This document shows positions 38,401 through 50,034 of a stretch of DNA of 64,000 bases, piece after piece (the stretch's first letter is position 1; the number at the start of each line of letters is the position of its first letter). Below the pieces are notes generated by a model. That model saw only the letters and a program-made list of their open reading frames with translations. It had not been told where the DNA came from and did no database searches. The translations under genes and the position numbers were made by a program. Source of the DNA: Haplodiscus bocki (taxonomy: Eukaryota); contig OZ296650.1 of the NCBI GenBank assembly GCA_965655095.1, positions 122,388,001 through 122,452,000 on the forward strand. Direction: 5' to 3'.

Positions 38401-41400
38401 TTTTCGACAGGATAAAAAACTAAGCATATGCTGGTTTCAAATACACATTCTTCCTTTCAGTCAGAGTGTGCAAAAAGTCCTTTGGAAGGTACACTTAGTG
38501 TCCATCATCATTTTTGATTTTTCAATCCGATTTTTCTTGCGATAAACATCAAGTGAAAGCAGGCATATTTCGCAAGAAGAATAATCTGGACAAAAGACTC
38601 TGATACTTCATTTTTGCTGTGCTATTTCATTCTAATAATTGAATGGAATATAATAACCAACTCTTCTTGCTCAGTCTAACTTCGTCATTTGCTATACCTA
38701 ACGAAAGTTTTTCACTATTTATGCTGAATCATCTCCGATTCAATGCTAACTTCGTTCGTGGGGCTCTTCGGTACCATATACACAGTCTAGTACACCGACA
38801 AGCTCAATGAATCTTTTCACAGATGTCTCTTCAAAAGTGTTATCACAATTTTTAATCCAAATTTTGCCTCAGTGACACAAGTTTCCGTAGCCAATACTTT
38901 CTGGTCATTAACTGCGTGGGTAAAATGTTATTTGCAGAATCTGAAAATTTGCTGTTTGCTGTTCCAAAACTGTTTTAATTTTCTGAAATGCAAAGCGGCT
39001 ATCTGATGAATTTTTGGTTTGCCATGACGGGAAATTTTTAGGTATTTGTGAAGAGGGTTGTGTCATTAATTTTTCGTGCTTCCCTGGATTCTACAGTGAC
39101 TGGGGGTATCATTAGGTACATTAAAAAAACCCTCGGTTGACATTCTATCAAATCCGTGCGACTGTCATTTTGTGAAAAAAATCTAAAATTCGATGTAACA
39201 ATTGGGAACAACACCAATAGTAAGCCGCTGACTAAAAAGCCCGACTATCACGATGGCGTCAGTTTTTAAAGACCTTTGGAAACGACCAAATTCAACACAA
39301 CATCGCGAGACTTGTATAAGCTCTGTACGCCGTCTACTTTTATGGCGAGAACTCAAAGCACGCAAACTTAATTTGAAACTTACACATACCAAATTTCAAA
39401 GATAACCCCAATATTTCAATCATACGCTTTCCATATTTTGAGTCTCCCGAGTAGCTCCCACTTGAACCATCCCAGCTTCATTACCTCGTTATGCTTCACT
39501 CGATCTCGAGTTTTCTGTCTGTTAACATTTCATTTGGTCTGTTTTATTTAAAAAGTCAGATGAATATGTCAATTTACATTCAATGACTTGAGCAAAGGTG
39601 AAAAGTTCCTATTTGCAGTTTGTAAATGCCCAACTGCATTCTTCTAATTCCCAGATTTCTGGCCCAGGATATCAAATTTTTACAGATCTTCGGAGATCCT
39701 GATATTGGCTAGTCGGATTCTGTCACTGAATGAGTGAATATGATTGTGCAATCTTGACGCAGCTATTTTCGTTATTATGATGATAATTATACTTGAGGTG
39801 AAATAATTTTGGTGTAAGAATAAGAAACTATTTCTCTAAACTTGAAACTATCAACTATTACCGTTCTATTTATGGCACACAGCATCTGGGGTTATCATAA
39901 TATAACAGTTTCTGAGTCACTGAAACAATTTAATTGGCGAAAGATCCAAAAGCACATGGCGAGAATCCACACATTCAAAAGAGAGGCCAAAACTTTGCAA
40001 CCATGGTTGTAATTACATACATCAGCTTTACTCAGCGTTCCTTGCGATTATTCACACAGTTCAGCTAACAATTATTTGATCTAGAAGATCCAAAACTCGA
40101 CATTTTCACGGAAAAACTCCCGTCTATACCGACCCCTAACCAGTTTTTCACCGGCGGGGTGTCTGACTGTCGCTTTAACTCTGACTCTACTAACAGTAGA
40201 ATAAATCAAGAGACTCTGACCACGTTATGGAGTGTCTAATTCAGCTCAGACAGAGAAGAGACACCATGTGAATTGGAGCTCATTAACAAATACCAGATAT
40301 TTACAAATTATTATCTAAAAATGAGGCATGAAAACTCATGATTGTCCAGCTGATATCAACTTTTCAGGTAACGGTAGAAAGTCAAAAGTTCAGCGATAGA
40401 AACTTTAAAAAACAACGAATTAAACAATTCGCCTCCAGTAGGTTGAAAAACTTTGCAACTTGCTATGTAATGAAAACTTTTTCTAACTTCTTCCAATGAC
40501 TCGATATCTCTATTAGTTGAAGCTGCGCATTAAGTGTATACCTTAGACTGCGATGAACCCATTGTTTAAATGATCTTCGGCATGTAGACTCAACATAGAG
40601 GCGAAGCTGCGCTTCGAAACTATCCGTCAACGAAGTGCCAGTGAAACTAAGAATAATGCACAGTCTAAATTTAAATATTTCATTTCTCGATATCTGTTGG
40701 TAGAGCATGCGACTGCAGCACGACAGATCCAAGGTTCGAGCCCGGAACACCGCACCTTCTTTTGTCAAAATCTCAAAAACTTTGCACGTCCTGAAGGGAT
40801 CGGAAGTGGAAGAAGCTTGCGATAACACTTGCTTGGGCAAATGTAACACATAGGCGGAGCGAAGTTCCGCAATACTAACAACCTAAAAGGATGATCTTTA
40901 TGACTTCTTGAAACATCACAACCGAAATTACCTGAAAATTCGTAACATAACTGTTCGAAAAGTATGATATACCGTCAAAAAATCGGGAACAACTTTCAAC
41001 ACTTCTCAAGAAAATCTAACAAATTACGTAAAACCATGAAAGATCATGTTCAATGACATTATGCCGAGAAACCCAAAACAAGAAGGCGTCAAACTCACAA
41101 TTAAAAAAAACATGCAAAACTAAGAATAAAAACGCAGTTCAAACCTTCCTGAACCTCGAACAGCAAGTTACGGCATTTGACAGGAATAGTCCAGAAACTA
41201 GGGCTAAGTTGATTAGCAAAATCTCTTTGCACCGTCTGTGTTCGGGAATGTATTGCAAGATTGAAATTGTCAGGATAACTTCAAAGACAGCCTCGACTGA
41301 AAACAATTTTCCAAAAAGAGACTTGAATATTATAAAAAGTTATAAAGGAAAAGCACATCTCTTAGTCAACAGAATTATCAAACTGCGACTAATTGAATTA

Positions 41401-44400
41401 GTGATGGATACAATTCTTCGAGAAAAACATTTCTCATGACAGCGGGAACCTGAAATAATTTCGTATTACCCATATCGAGCCCATTGGAGCGAGAACAGTA
41501 CGGAATATTGTAATCACTCCACTCAGCTGAAGCTCCAAATTGAGAGGTATCAAAAAGCCCACTTGCCGATCAATCCGCATGAGTCGTCATGAACATGGCC
41601 GCCCAAGGTGAACAGGACTTTGGGAAGTTTTTGGGATAACCACAGGGTCTCCCATTAAGCCCTATTCTGTTTTCCCGCAAATTGGGATCAACTACCTCAA
41701 ACATTCCCGGTATTTCCAGTTTCAAAAATGCAATGACAGGGCGACCAGAAATTTTTTCATTTCATTATTTTGAGCACTCTCACCGCTACCATTATAGTCC
41801 ATATGGTCCGTCCTGTACTCCCATTATTGTTCAGTGCGATTTGAAAAAATTGAGATGTTTCAAACGTCGAACGAAAATCCTCATGTCGGACGAGGTCGCA
41901 AAACATGGCATCAAAAAGCGTCAAAAAACTGCTGAAGACTATAATTACATCGCAAAATTAAAGCCGGAAAACCTTTGAAAAGGATGCGATTGAAACTTCG
42001 GACATAAATTTCAAAGCAAAATTTCTTGTGAAAACCGTCGAACACTCAACGTCAGTTCACAGTTAGCATTTCACAAAGTACGTATTGGAGTTTAGTGCAC
42101 GGTAGCACTTAGATCAGGAAACTTGTTTAGAAGCAATTCTCAAAAAAAAACATTTTTTATCAAGTTTCAAAGTATAAGCAATATTATTTGCGAAGATATG
42201 TCGATTATTCCGTCCCTGTTACTCAGCGGAATCTCCACATAGCGCATCTTCGATTGAGTAAAGGGTGGTTGCAATCAAAGGAATGTGTTTTAAGAAGAAC
42301 ACATTTTAAAAAACGCAGCTGAAATGCTTTCGAAATTCAAGAAGAAAATAGGGATCTTCATGAAGCAAAACATGACTTTACCCCCGAAAAAATAAAAACC
42401 TAAGCACAAGTAGATCAGTGCTAAACCCGCGGCATGATCGTCGACTAAAGAGCATGAAATATGCCATCACATTTCACTGACAACATCGATAGCTCAGTTA
42501 TTTTATCCGAAAAAGAAGCAAGTCTGCTGACGCTTGGATGGTGTTCGATAACGAAACCTTCAGAAAACAATATTCTCAAAAAGCTATTGATCTTTGCTTC
42601 TTTCAACAGATCAAAACTTGAGCAGTAGGGGTTTCGAAGTCAAATAAGGTCGCCGACTGACAAGTTTTTTCAAAAAAACTTCCCGTGAGGCTAGTACTTA
42701 ACTGTTCAGTGCCTATAACTTGAAAGGGATAATTTCGGCCAGAACCAAATATTCAATGAGTCACAGGTAAACGTAAATTTCTCAAACATGACCAGAACTT
42801 GTGACAAGAGAGCTCTGAAGCGGCAAGTTTAAACTATTTTTGATCAGGCGAATTTCCCCGACACCAGCCTCTTTCATGTTTTGTTTTCGCAGAAAAGCAA
42901 AATATTGCGGACTCCACTCAAAAACAGGGTACATCATCAAAAAAAACTCTTCTCGTCACAATTATCTACGAATTCACACGAACATGTGGGAACAGACGGG
43001 GGTAACATAGTATTCTCACTTGAAAGTAATATTCAAAGAGTGCTCTTCAATATCTTTGTGCGTACAAAACAAATGAATCACTTTCGGAGCGGAATCATTA
43101 CTGATTACGTCGGAGAAAAATAACCTGGTGTTATTTCCATAGAGAAATGAGGTTAATTCCATACAAGTATAAAAACTAGGACTTCCAACGTGGAAAACGT
43201 CTGAGATAAAAGACGGGAGTAGACCGATTAAACTTCTTTGGCGTGTCCAGAAAGCTTGGAGCAGTTCCTAAAATTATCAAGTTGTCGAGACTGCCTGTCA
43301 AAATATACTGTTCCAATGTGACGAAATACAGTGGCAATTAGACAAAAATAGTCCATCTTTCAAGGTTGGTTCGCGGAAAAATCTGTCCACAAGGAGCGAA
43401 AACTCAATATGTGATACAAAGAATTCGCCTAATTTTGCATGGTCAAAATGAAAGCATTTGAAGAAAAATATTCCAGGTTATGTTACTCAAAAATAGCATT
43501 TTAACATCAAAATAGCTCCATTGTGAGGTTTCTTCCCAGAGAAAAACCATCGAAAAACTACGGACCGCAATCAGTTTGTTGCAAGTGACACATTCGAGTC
43601 CTTGTCATGCTAAATCAAACATTAGCTGAAAGGCGGAGCGCCGTTCGAAGACGTTAGACTTAGTTGTTACGAAGTATTAGTCAAAACACTCGACGTTGAA
43701 GCTTCAAAATAAAAAACCCATTTTCTGTCCACGAAGCGGAACTACAAAGAGATGTCTTGGCGCCTCTTTTTCACCTATGCAAAATTGGAGTCATTTGGAG
43801 ATGGGTTGACGAATATAAAAATTAAATTTAACGAAATTCCTCAAACATACGATTTTCACTGAGCAGAAAAACCAATGTAGAAAAATTTTAACCTCAACGA
43901 GAATTTAACAAGTAGTATAACTATGAAAATTCAACTCATTTGCAGACCTGCGTTAAAGAATGTAAAACGAAAAATTGTTAAAATTTCTTCTAATTAGCTC
44001 GACTTTCGAGTTTTTTAGTGGAAAGTCTAACGAAAAATTCTCAGACCTCAATCAATCTTTTAGTGACTGATATTTGCTTGTTATGCCAACGCAAATCTCG
44101 GGCAATTTATAGACCTATTTGCTAGTATTTGAGTTAATTCATCGACCGCAATCAAGAATTAATATGTGGTGTCTCGTAAGGTTTCAGCAAGTCAGAAAAT
44201 CCATCAAATAGGTGAAAAGATACGGAGCCTTGAATAAATTTTATCCCGAAATAGGTATTTTAGAGGCACTTTTGACAAATACACCTGGAAGATCACTTCT
44301 TGGACATTGGTTTTCTTTATGGAAAAAGTATGTATTTCTACTTACAAAAAATAGGTAGAAAATTTCGAAGACAGAAACGGGTGTTCGTCCACCTTCGGAA

Positions 44401-47400
44401 TTGGCGGTACCAAAAGCGTGTTCCCGGCCAGAAAAAAAGAAACGTGGAGCGAAATAGAATGGCGTTGGCAGTTGAGAAAGACCATAGAACAAAGTTAAGC
44501 AATTCACATGAGTACAATTCAAACAAGTCTTAGCTTTAATCGCTTTTCAATCCAAAATGCATCAATTTCCGGGTTTTAGTTCGAAAAAGAATTGTTTTTG
44601 AGGGCGCTTCCACTACAAAAAAAATGTATCAGAACAACGTGTTGAATTATCGGACAAACATTGCTCCAGGATTACTCTATGAGCAGGTATCTGGGTACAT
44701 AATTAATGTCTTTGCTTTGAGTCACTTCCGCACCGTTTACTTATTTCCAATTCACCTGATCAATGTGTTACAAAGCTCAACTTTGAATCAAGTTCGATTC
44801 TTAGCTACTTGAAAATAGGCCTGTTCTAACTAATATGTCATTCATATAAAAATTTGATATAAAAGCAAAGATGAAATGAACGTGAACTATATATTCCGAC
44901 CCTATATTTATGAATAGGAAACAACTAACTCGACGTAAGCTGCAAATTAGTTTTTGTTCGTTCCATAAGTTCTGATTTGAGACGAGTTACTTGTCGACTT
45001 GTTTGAACATCCGCTTCTCTCACTTCGTCAACTGTCTGCTTCGCATAATACGTCGCCAAGTTCTGACTACTTTCCGTGGTCCTACATACACCAACAAATC
45101 ATCGTCATCATACAGTACAGTACTGTGATGAAGAAATTGAACGTAAGGCTGTGAAAAAGAAATGGGACACTTTATTTTTTGGCGTTTTGTAGTCAATGTA
45201 GGCAACTTATCGAGGGTTTAATTAACACAACCTCTTCTTATTGTTTGCCTTTCAAGATTTGTGCTAATAAAATTGATCTCAAAAGCTTGAACCTCCTGGT
45301 ATTAGATGGTTTGCAAACCCCTCTTAAACTGTTATTCCTTACAATTTTCTTTTAAAATCTCGGATTTGCTCATGTAAGAAATTATATTTTCAATTTATTT
45401 TGGTACGAGCCGATATCTTATCAATTCGCGGGCATAGTAGCATAGTTGAATTTTCAAAACTGCCAGAAATCCCAAAGAAAATCAAAAATTCATGCAAAAA
45501 TGCTATATCCTATCTTGATATATGTAAAAGCAAATTTCTGTGTCTAAACAGTCGATTTTCTTGAGAATGATGGATTATTATAGGTTAAATTGCACTTTCT
45601 GGCTTTCAGAAGTTGAGGGATGGTAGGCTCAGAAAAGAAAAATTTTGCGAAATGTTTTAAATTCTTTAAATATGTCAAGATACGTAAAAAATGATGGCTC
45701 CAGGAGTAAAACTGCGAGTCGCGATCTTCTATTATATTGATCCATTTTTTTCGAACAAAAACCATTGCATTCTACGTAAAAATCTGGAAGTTTTGGAACC
45801 CTCCTTAGTAGAAACATCTTCTTCATTGCCAGCAATTTTCGATCCGTCTCCTAGATATAACCCATACTCTTAGGAACCAGAGTAACTTCAAAAAAGTCCT
45901 TTAACCATCTAGCGCCTTTTTTCTACAGAAAAATGAACTCAATTTCGATTTTCAAAACTGACACTCCAAAAAAATCTAAAGTGAGATTAACCTGGCCGAA
46001 GCTTGCGCTAAGTAATTGATAATAGCTGTGTTATCCACTTCTGCCTGCGTTTCTTTGAACATAGCCCTGATGTTTTTGCTTTGTTCCAAAAATTGTACCA
46101 GGGAATTCCCCAATTTTCGCGCTTTCGTAATAGCATTCTGCACTTTCGGTGGAACTGGTCCTGTGAAACAAGTTCAAATAAAATTCTCAAAATGTTCCTG
46201 AACCTTCATTTTTAATCGGCGCTTTTACTCAAGTAAAAAAAAGCCGACTCTTGTAGTCACTCACTTTGTTTTTATTTTCTTTTTAAGATTACAACGAATT
46301 GTCTACTTTTTCGCCTTGCACATTATTTTAAAGCATACAAGTACGGTCCATAACAAGCACGTGCAAGTACTCACAAACACCAAAAGATGCCTTCTACGGA
46401 ATTTTTCGAGACAAAAAAATCAGTGCAAAAATGGTAATAACCCTCCCCCTCCCATTTATTAAGTTTTTCGATACCAGAAACTTTCAGAAACATCAAAGTG
46501 TCGACCTACGAAATTCTTTGGTACCGTGGGAAAAATATCTGAAATTTTAGTGTGACCCCCCCCCCTCTATGGTTTTCTCAAATTTTCGCGCCCGACAAAT
46601 GGCCAGCGCCGACTTTGATCTATTCTCAATTTGTTGCATGCTTCCTTCTTCCAATAAAAATCATCCTTGCGTTAATTATTCTACACACTTGTTTGTTTAT
46701 AGCAAATATTCGTCCAAAAAATGAACATAATAGACGTTGTAGAAACCAATGATGACTTCTCGACCCGCAACATTCAACAACCTTAATTCGTGATTGAAAT
46801 TTCTAATTTGACTGAATTTGATAAATGATTTTGGCTTTCAATTTTCTTTTCGAGTTACCAAAGTGATGATTTTCGAAAAAATAGTGCAATTTTCGGACTA
46901 ATCAAACTTTCGTATCTTAGATGTTCCTATGCTTTTTACAGGGTTTGTTGTTCAAAAAGAATACGACTTAGCAGTTCTGAATAACTTTGCAAAATCTGAA
47001 CGCTATTCAAAAGCAAGCTTTAAAACCGGGAAAAAACGTCCCTGACAAAGGCATTAGTTTGACACGATACCGATTGTATTATTTGTTAGGGATTGTAATA
47101 TTGTATTGTTAGGGATATTGTATTGTAATATTGTTAGGGATTGTAATATTTGTTAATATTTGCTAGGCATGATTGCACGCACCTTTAATTAACCGATTCT
47201 CAATTTTGTCAATGGAGGTGAGAAGTTTCACTTGACCCAATCTCTCCTTCAGCTGCTGATCGTTGAGCTGGCTGGCAACTAGAGAAGAATCCTGCAAACT
47301 TGTTTCGTCATTGTTGTCTACATCTCCCTTCTCCAGCGAACAAAGATGTTCTAAAACGAGCAAAAGGCATTCATTTTTAAGTTCAAGCAAACCGAACGCC

Positions 47401-50034
47401 AACGTGTCTTGCCATTTTTCAACTAGCTGACTCAAGGTTAGTGAATTATCGATGGTAGATGACTGCAAGGAAACTCACGCGAAAGAACCTCACGTACACA
47501 GATACAAGTCTACAGAAAGAAAAGAGAAGCATACGCTTGTTCTCCAAGAGAGGGCGGGTCTCTTCATTAATTTTGTGTAAAATGAGGTACCCCCTCTAAC
47601 AAAATTCTACCTCTGACAAAATACCATAACGTTCAAATTCTAAACAAAAATGAGTGTTTTACATCCAAAATTCAGTTTTGGTCTATGTCTAGAGGCAATA
47701 CACTTTGAAAGAACCCCAACACAAGTGAAAATGCAAATTTTTGTGGGAAGTCCCAAAAGCAAAAATGAAAAATCTTGTTTCAATTCAGTCCCTCGAGCTT
47801 CGGAGCCACAATTTTGATCGGACCCACCTAATATAATCGTGGCATTAAAGCACTAGGGTTATAATAGGCAAGAAGATAGGCATTTCGCGCTCCGAAAGCA
47901 TAGCCGTTTTGATAGTCGGCCAATTTCATGTAAACTGACTGATGTAAATATCACCAGAATATAAGTGACAAAATTTGAATGCCTTGACAGCAACTCGAAA
48001 GAAGGGCGGCCGGAATAGAGCAACAAAAACTTAGCGGGAAATTAGATGCTCTATCTTTCTAAGCTATTTAACAGGAAAGAAACAATTTCACATTCCATTC
48101 AGGAGATCTCAAAAATAAGTAGAGACAGACTTATTTCATTCATCTTCCTTTTGGTGACCAGAGACAAAATTTGAGAAGCTAATAAAAAGGCGAAGAAAAT
48201 AAAAACAAAAGACGTCAAGAAGCGTAGCAGAAACTTCTTTTAGCATGTTCAGGAATAAATTCGAACGGTGACCAACAGACAGGATCTAACCGGTGTCGGC
48301 TTTGACTTGATACTCTAGAATCTCAATTGACTGATAAATGATTGGAATGAGTTTTCCCAGAGACCGCATTATGGTGTGGCACACATTCTGCATTTGTCTC
48401 GTCTCATCGGCAGCCTCGTTAATCAAAATCGACAGTTCGTCCACGTGAGCACGTTTGATGCCTCTTTCGAACTCTGACACCGTTTCATGAATCAACTCCT
48501 CGTAGTATTTCACACGGTACTCATAACTACTGGCTGCCTTTCTCAGAAGCCCACTCACATCTTCGTCTGGGTCAAAAACATCTTTCTCATCTTCGCTCTC
48601 CTCCGCCTCACTTCCATTTTCTTCCTTTTTGCCATCATTCCTACTACCGGTAACCTCTTCTTTAACAATGGGATCTGAAACCAAACCTACGTACTTTAAT
48701 CATCTTGAAGACGTTATATTGCTGATTATTGATGATCGAAGGATTATTTAATGGGTTATCAAACCAGAAGTATCTTTTGTAAATTCAAATGATTCCGTAA
48801 GTATAACAAACAACCTCCTTTGCCGTCATTTTTGATTTGAGAAATGAATATTCCTGAACAAAGAGATAAACAGCTATTGAGTTGGTTGGTTAGATAAAAG
48901 ATGGTAACGAATTTTGCGCACTATCCTTTAATTTAAACAGACATTAAAAACTCCGAAAAAAATCAATTCGCTTGAATATAGGGTTAACAAAAGCTGAAAA
49001 AACCCACGTTCACAAAAAAATTCATTGCAATTATCTTCACCAAATCCTACTCACCTTCGAATAACTCTTGAGCGCTAGCAGTCATTATGTACCATTTGAC
49101 AAGAGCACTGTAATATTTCTTTTAAGCTAAATAAAGTTTTGAACACAAAAAAATTGATTCGTCACTGAAACGTAGCATAAATGCACCGCCAGAAAGTTTG
49201 AAACTTGTACGAGTATTAAAAAAATCTCAAACCAATTTATGATGAAGTCGTCTTCGCATACTCATATTACATGCAATGTCAAAAAACGTAGACTTTAAAC
49301 TCACTTTATTTTTGCTGGTACTGAAAGTAAAACGTCATTTCAATAAAGATGAACAAATTTGTACTGTGGGATTGGAACAAAATACTCAATAGGGGTAGAG
49401 TCTTTGAGTCTTTTCCATTTTCGCCTCACGCGTTACTGAGTGAAACGACCAGAACGCAGCTCAAAGACGGGCATGAAAAAAAACGGATTTATCAAAGGTG
49501 ACATATACACCGCCCGAACGATTTCTTGAGACGAATAAGGAAAATGCAAAATTCTAAGCATTCTTCAACTTGGCTGCTTTCAACAAATAATCCTCAGAAG
49601 TTTCAGTTATGTAATCAGAGTTCCATCTAATTACAAAGTAAATTCTCAATTATCCGAGCCTCAAATATAGGAAGTTTCGGCTATACGAACAACGGTTGAA
49701 CCAGTTTCTCGAATATTTTCGATAATTAATTCTCTTCGAAAACACTAAGTTGGGGTGACTTGAAAAATACAAAACCCTTGATGCTCATTAACTGGTCGCA
49801 AATTAACTAAACAACCATAAGCCACAACGGTGATGGCCTTTTTGACAGCAAATGAAAAATTTCGAGACAAATTATCAAAAACATCGAGAATTTTTTTGTC
49901 ATTGTAGTATCGATTAAAGCAGAAATCATCCGATTTGATCATCCGAACAAGACCTGCAGCTAACTCCTGGATATTTTCAGCCTTCGAGATAAACAAAGAA
50001 ACGTTGGAAAGCAGTACTTTGATTGAAAAAAGAT
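17457..50034 (-). CDS. Large multi-exon host gene: charged/coiled-coil N-terminal region plus tandem ZU5 domains (DTHD1-like); 5' and 3' ends not defined
   Basis: AG/GT-bounded, phase-compatible exons: 35396-35178, 34433-34074, 30579-30427, 29845-29632, 29580-29540, 29192-29009, 25957-25924, 25820-25660, 23105-22864, 22562-22411, 19102-18878, 18223-18134, 17495-17457. Upstream exons 50034-49816, 48674-48291, 47462-47183 and 45081-44991 are less securely linked. Spliced ZU5-like text: VIRAPEE...NELLVSEIV...LLGLPHG...TSDGVTWTD...FAELKTDEL...REGGKIAATRDKYSYLIVPKDSF. Confidence 0.65.
17822..18110 (+). repeat. Family C-related repeat fragment
   Basis: ACAAGATGGCCGGCTACCACCGGCAT matches the start of the insert at 25010; the right end is uncertain. 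Confidence 0.45.
18878..19102 (-). CDS. Exon of ZU5/DTHD1-like gene (end of ZU5-1, start of ZU5-2)
   Basis: ttctag|TCGATG...GTAAAG|gtcagc; SMVFAELKTDELALAYCVV...REGGKIAATRDKYSYLIVPKDSFAFLSSVTVK. Confidence 0.75.
19308..19585 (-). mobile_element. Dispersed repeat family B (HINE-like)
   Basis: TAGTCGGCGCTTTTACTGTAGTAAATAAAGCCGACT terminal hairpin and other end GAGTCGTTCTCAGCTTGT; homologous to 30835-31235 (+) and 46208-46636 (-). Confidence 0.72.
21612..22062 (+). mobile_element. Dispersed non-autonomous repeat family A (Helentron/HINE-like), full-length copy
   Basis: Starts CAGAGGCGAAGCTGTGCTTCGC (hairpin) and ends ACACTTGCTTCTGCAAGTGT (palindrome). Homologous to 24681-25625 and 37090-38030; the same termini occur at 40593-40848. 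Confidence 0.75.
22411..23105 (-). CDS. Two exons (23105-22864, 22562-22411) encoding the first ZU5-like domain
   Basis: cttcag|ATTG...TTAG|gtaggt and ttgaag|GTCTG...CCATCA|gtaaga; phases 2-1-0 are consistent with flanking exons. Confidence 0.72.
24681..25625 (+). mobile_element. Family A copy interrupted by a second element (family C, ~25010-25580)
   Basis: Aligns to the 21612 copy up to AAACAAG, then ACAAGACGGCCGGCTAGCACCGGC plus ~122-bp tandem units, then family A resumes and ends GACTTGCTTGCGCAAGTGT. Confidence 0.7.
25660..25957 (-). CDS. Two exons (25957-25924, 25820-25660) of the host gene
   Basis: RVILASYDFLM|VEPLEDVQNFLPEMEHRYVQTRTLLNNIHRLMVECKQ...WNLIR; canonical splice sites. Confidence 0.62.
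27503..27578 (+). repeat. Degenerate tRNA-derived sequence (possible SINE head)
   Basis: A-box-like TAGTATACAAGGTTA and B-box GGTTCGATCCC at tRNA-like spacing; no clean cloverleaf. Confidence 0.4.
29009..30579 (-). CDS. Four exons of the host gene (30579-30427, 29845-29632, 29580-29540, 29192-29009)
   Basis: Polypyrimidine-AG acceptors and GT donors; phases 1-1-2-1-2 join in one frame. Confidence 0.72.
30835..31235 (+). mobile_element. Dispersed repeat family B
   Basis: TGAGAACAGCTCAAAGT start, internal CTCACAGTACCGAAAA unit, end GTGACTACAAGAATCGGC...GCCGACTAAAA. Confidence 0.72.
33050..33545 (+). repeat. Dispersed repeat with ~3 internal ~117-bp units; second copy at ~36350-36690
   Basis: CAGTTGAGATCAAAGATCCC at ~33066 and ~36358; TACGCCA...GCWGCC...ATGAACAA at ~33245, 33365, 33475 and 36538. 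Confidence 0.65.
33772..33932. repeat. Two short tandem duplications (~40 bp and ~22 bp)
   Basis: TCCCACACAATTTTTTCGAAATCTTAAAAAC x2; CGAACACCTACAAATACTTTCA x2. Confidence 0.85.
34074..35396 (-). CDS. Two exons (35396-35178, 34433-34074): K/E-rich low-complexity and coiled-coil region
   Basis: AKEAKKDDKKKEKDKGAGAGGKEAKKPAAKGQ|GKKAPVKKGKPDPK...EKEKEEIEKERLRQ; phase-1 junctions. Confidence 0.75.
37090..38030 (+). mobile_element. Fragmented family A copy
   Basis: TTCGCAACATTTGCGCCAACGGAATACT at ~37100; GAGCGCA..AACAAAATCTAGG at ~37920; ACACTTGCTTGCGCAATTGT at ~38007. Confidence 0.65.
40593..40848 (+). mobile_element. Element with family A termini and an internal tRNA-like segment
   Basis: GAGGCGAAGCTGCGCTTCG start; TTGGTAGAGC...GACTGCAG...GGTTCGAGCCC inside; ACACTTGCTTGGGCAAATGT end. 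Confidence 0.6.
46208..46636 (-). mobile_element. Dispersed repeat family B
   Basis: TCGGCGCTTTTACTCAAGTAAAAAAAAGCCGACTCTTGTAGTCAC and ACAAGCACGTGCAAGTACTCACAAACAC are shared with the 19308 copy. Confidence 0.75.
47075..47162. repeat. Short degenerate minisatellite
   Basis: TTGTTAGGGATTGTAATA(TTGTA) repeated about 3-4 times. Confidence 0.75.
47183..48674 (-). CDS. Two exons (48674-48291, 47462-47183), acidic/helical; probably the same host gene
   Basis: Protein-like ORFs (EENGSEAEESEDEKDVFDPDEDV...; SSTIDNSLTLSQLVEKWQDTLAFGLLEL...) bounded by splice signals. The phase between them was not resolved. Confidence 0.62.

Noticed and set aside
36816-39720. Candidate exons at ~36998-36822, ~38787-38716 and ~39515-39427
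   Set aside because: Protein-like and near splice signals, but I could not join the phases consistently, so they are not listed as features.
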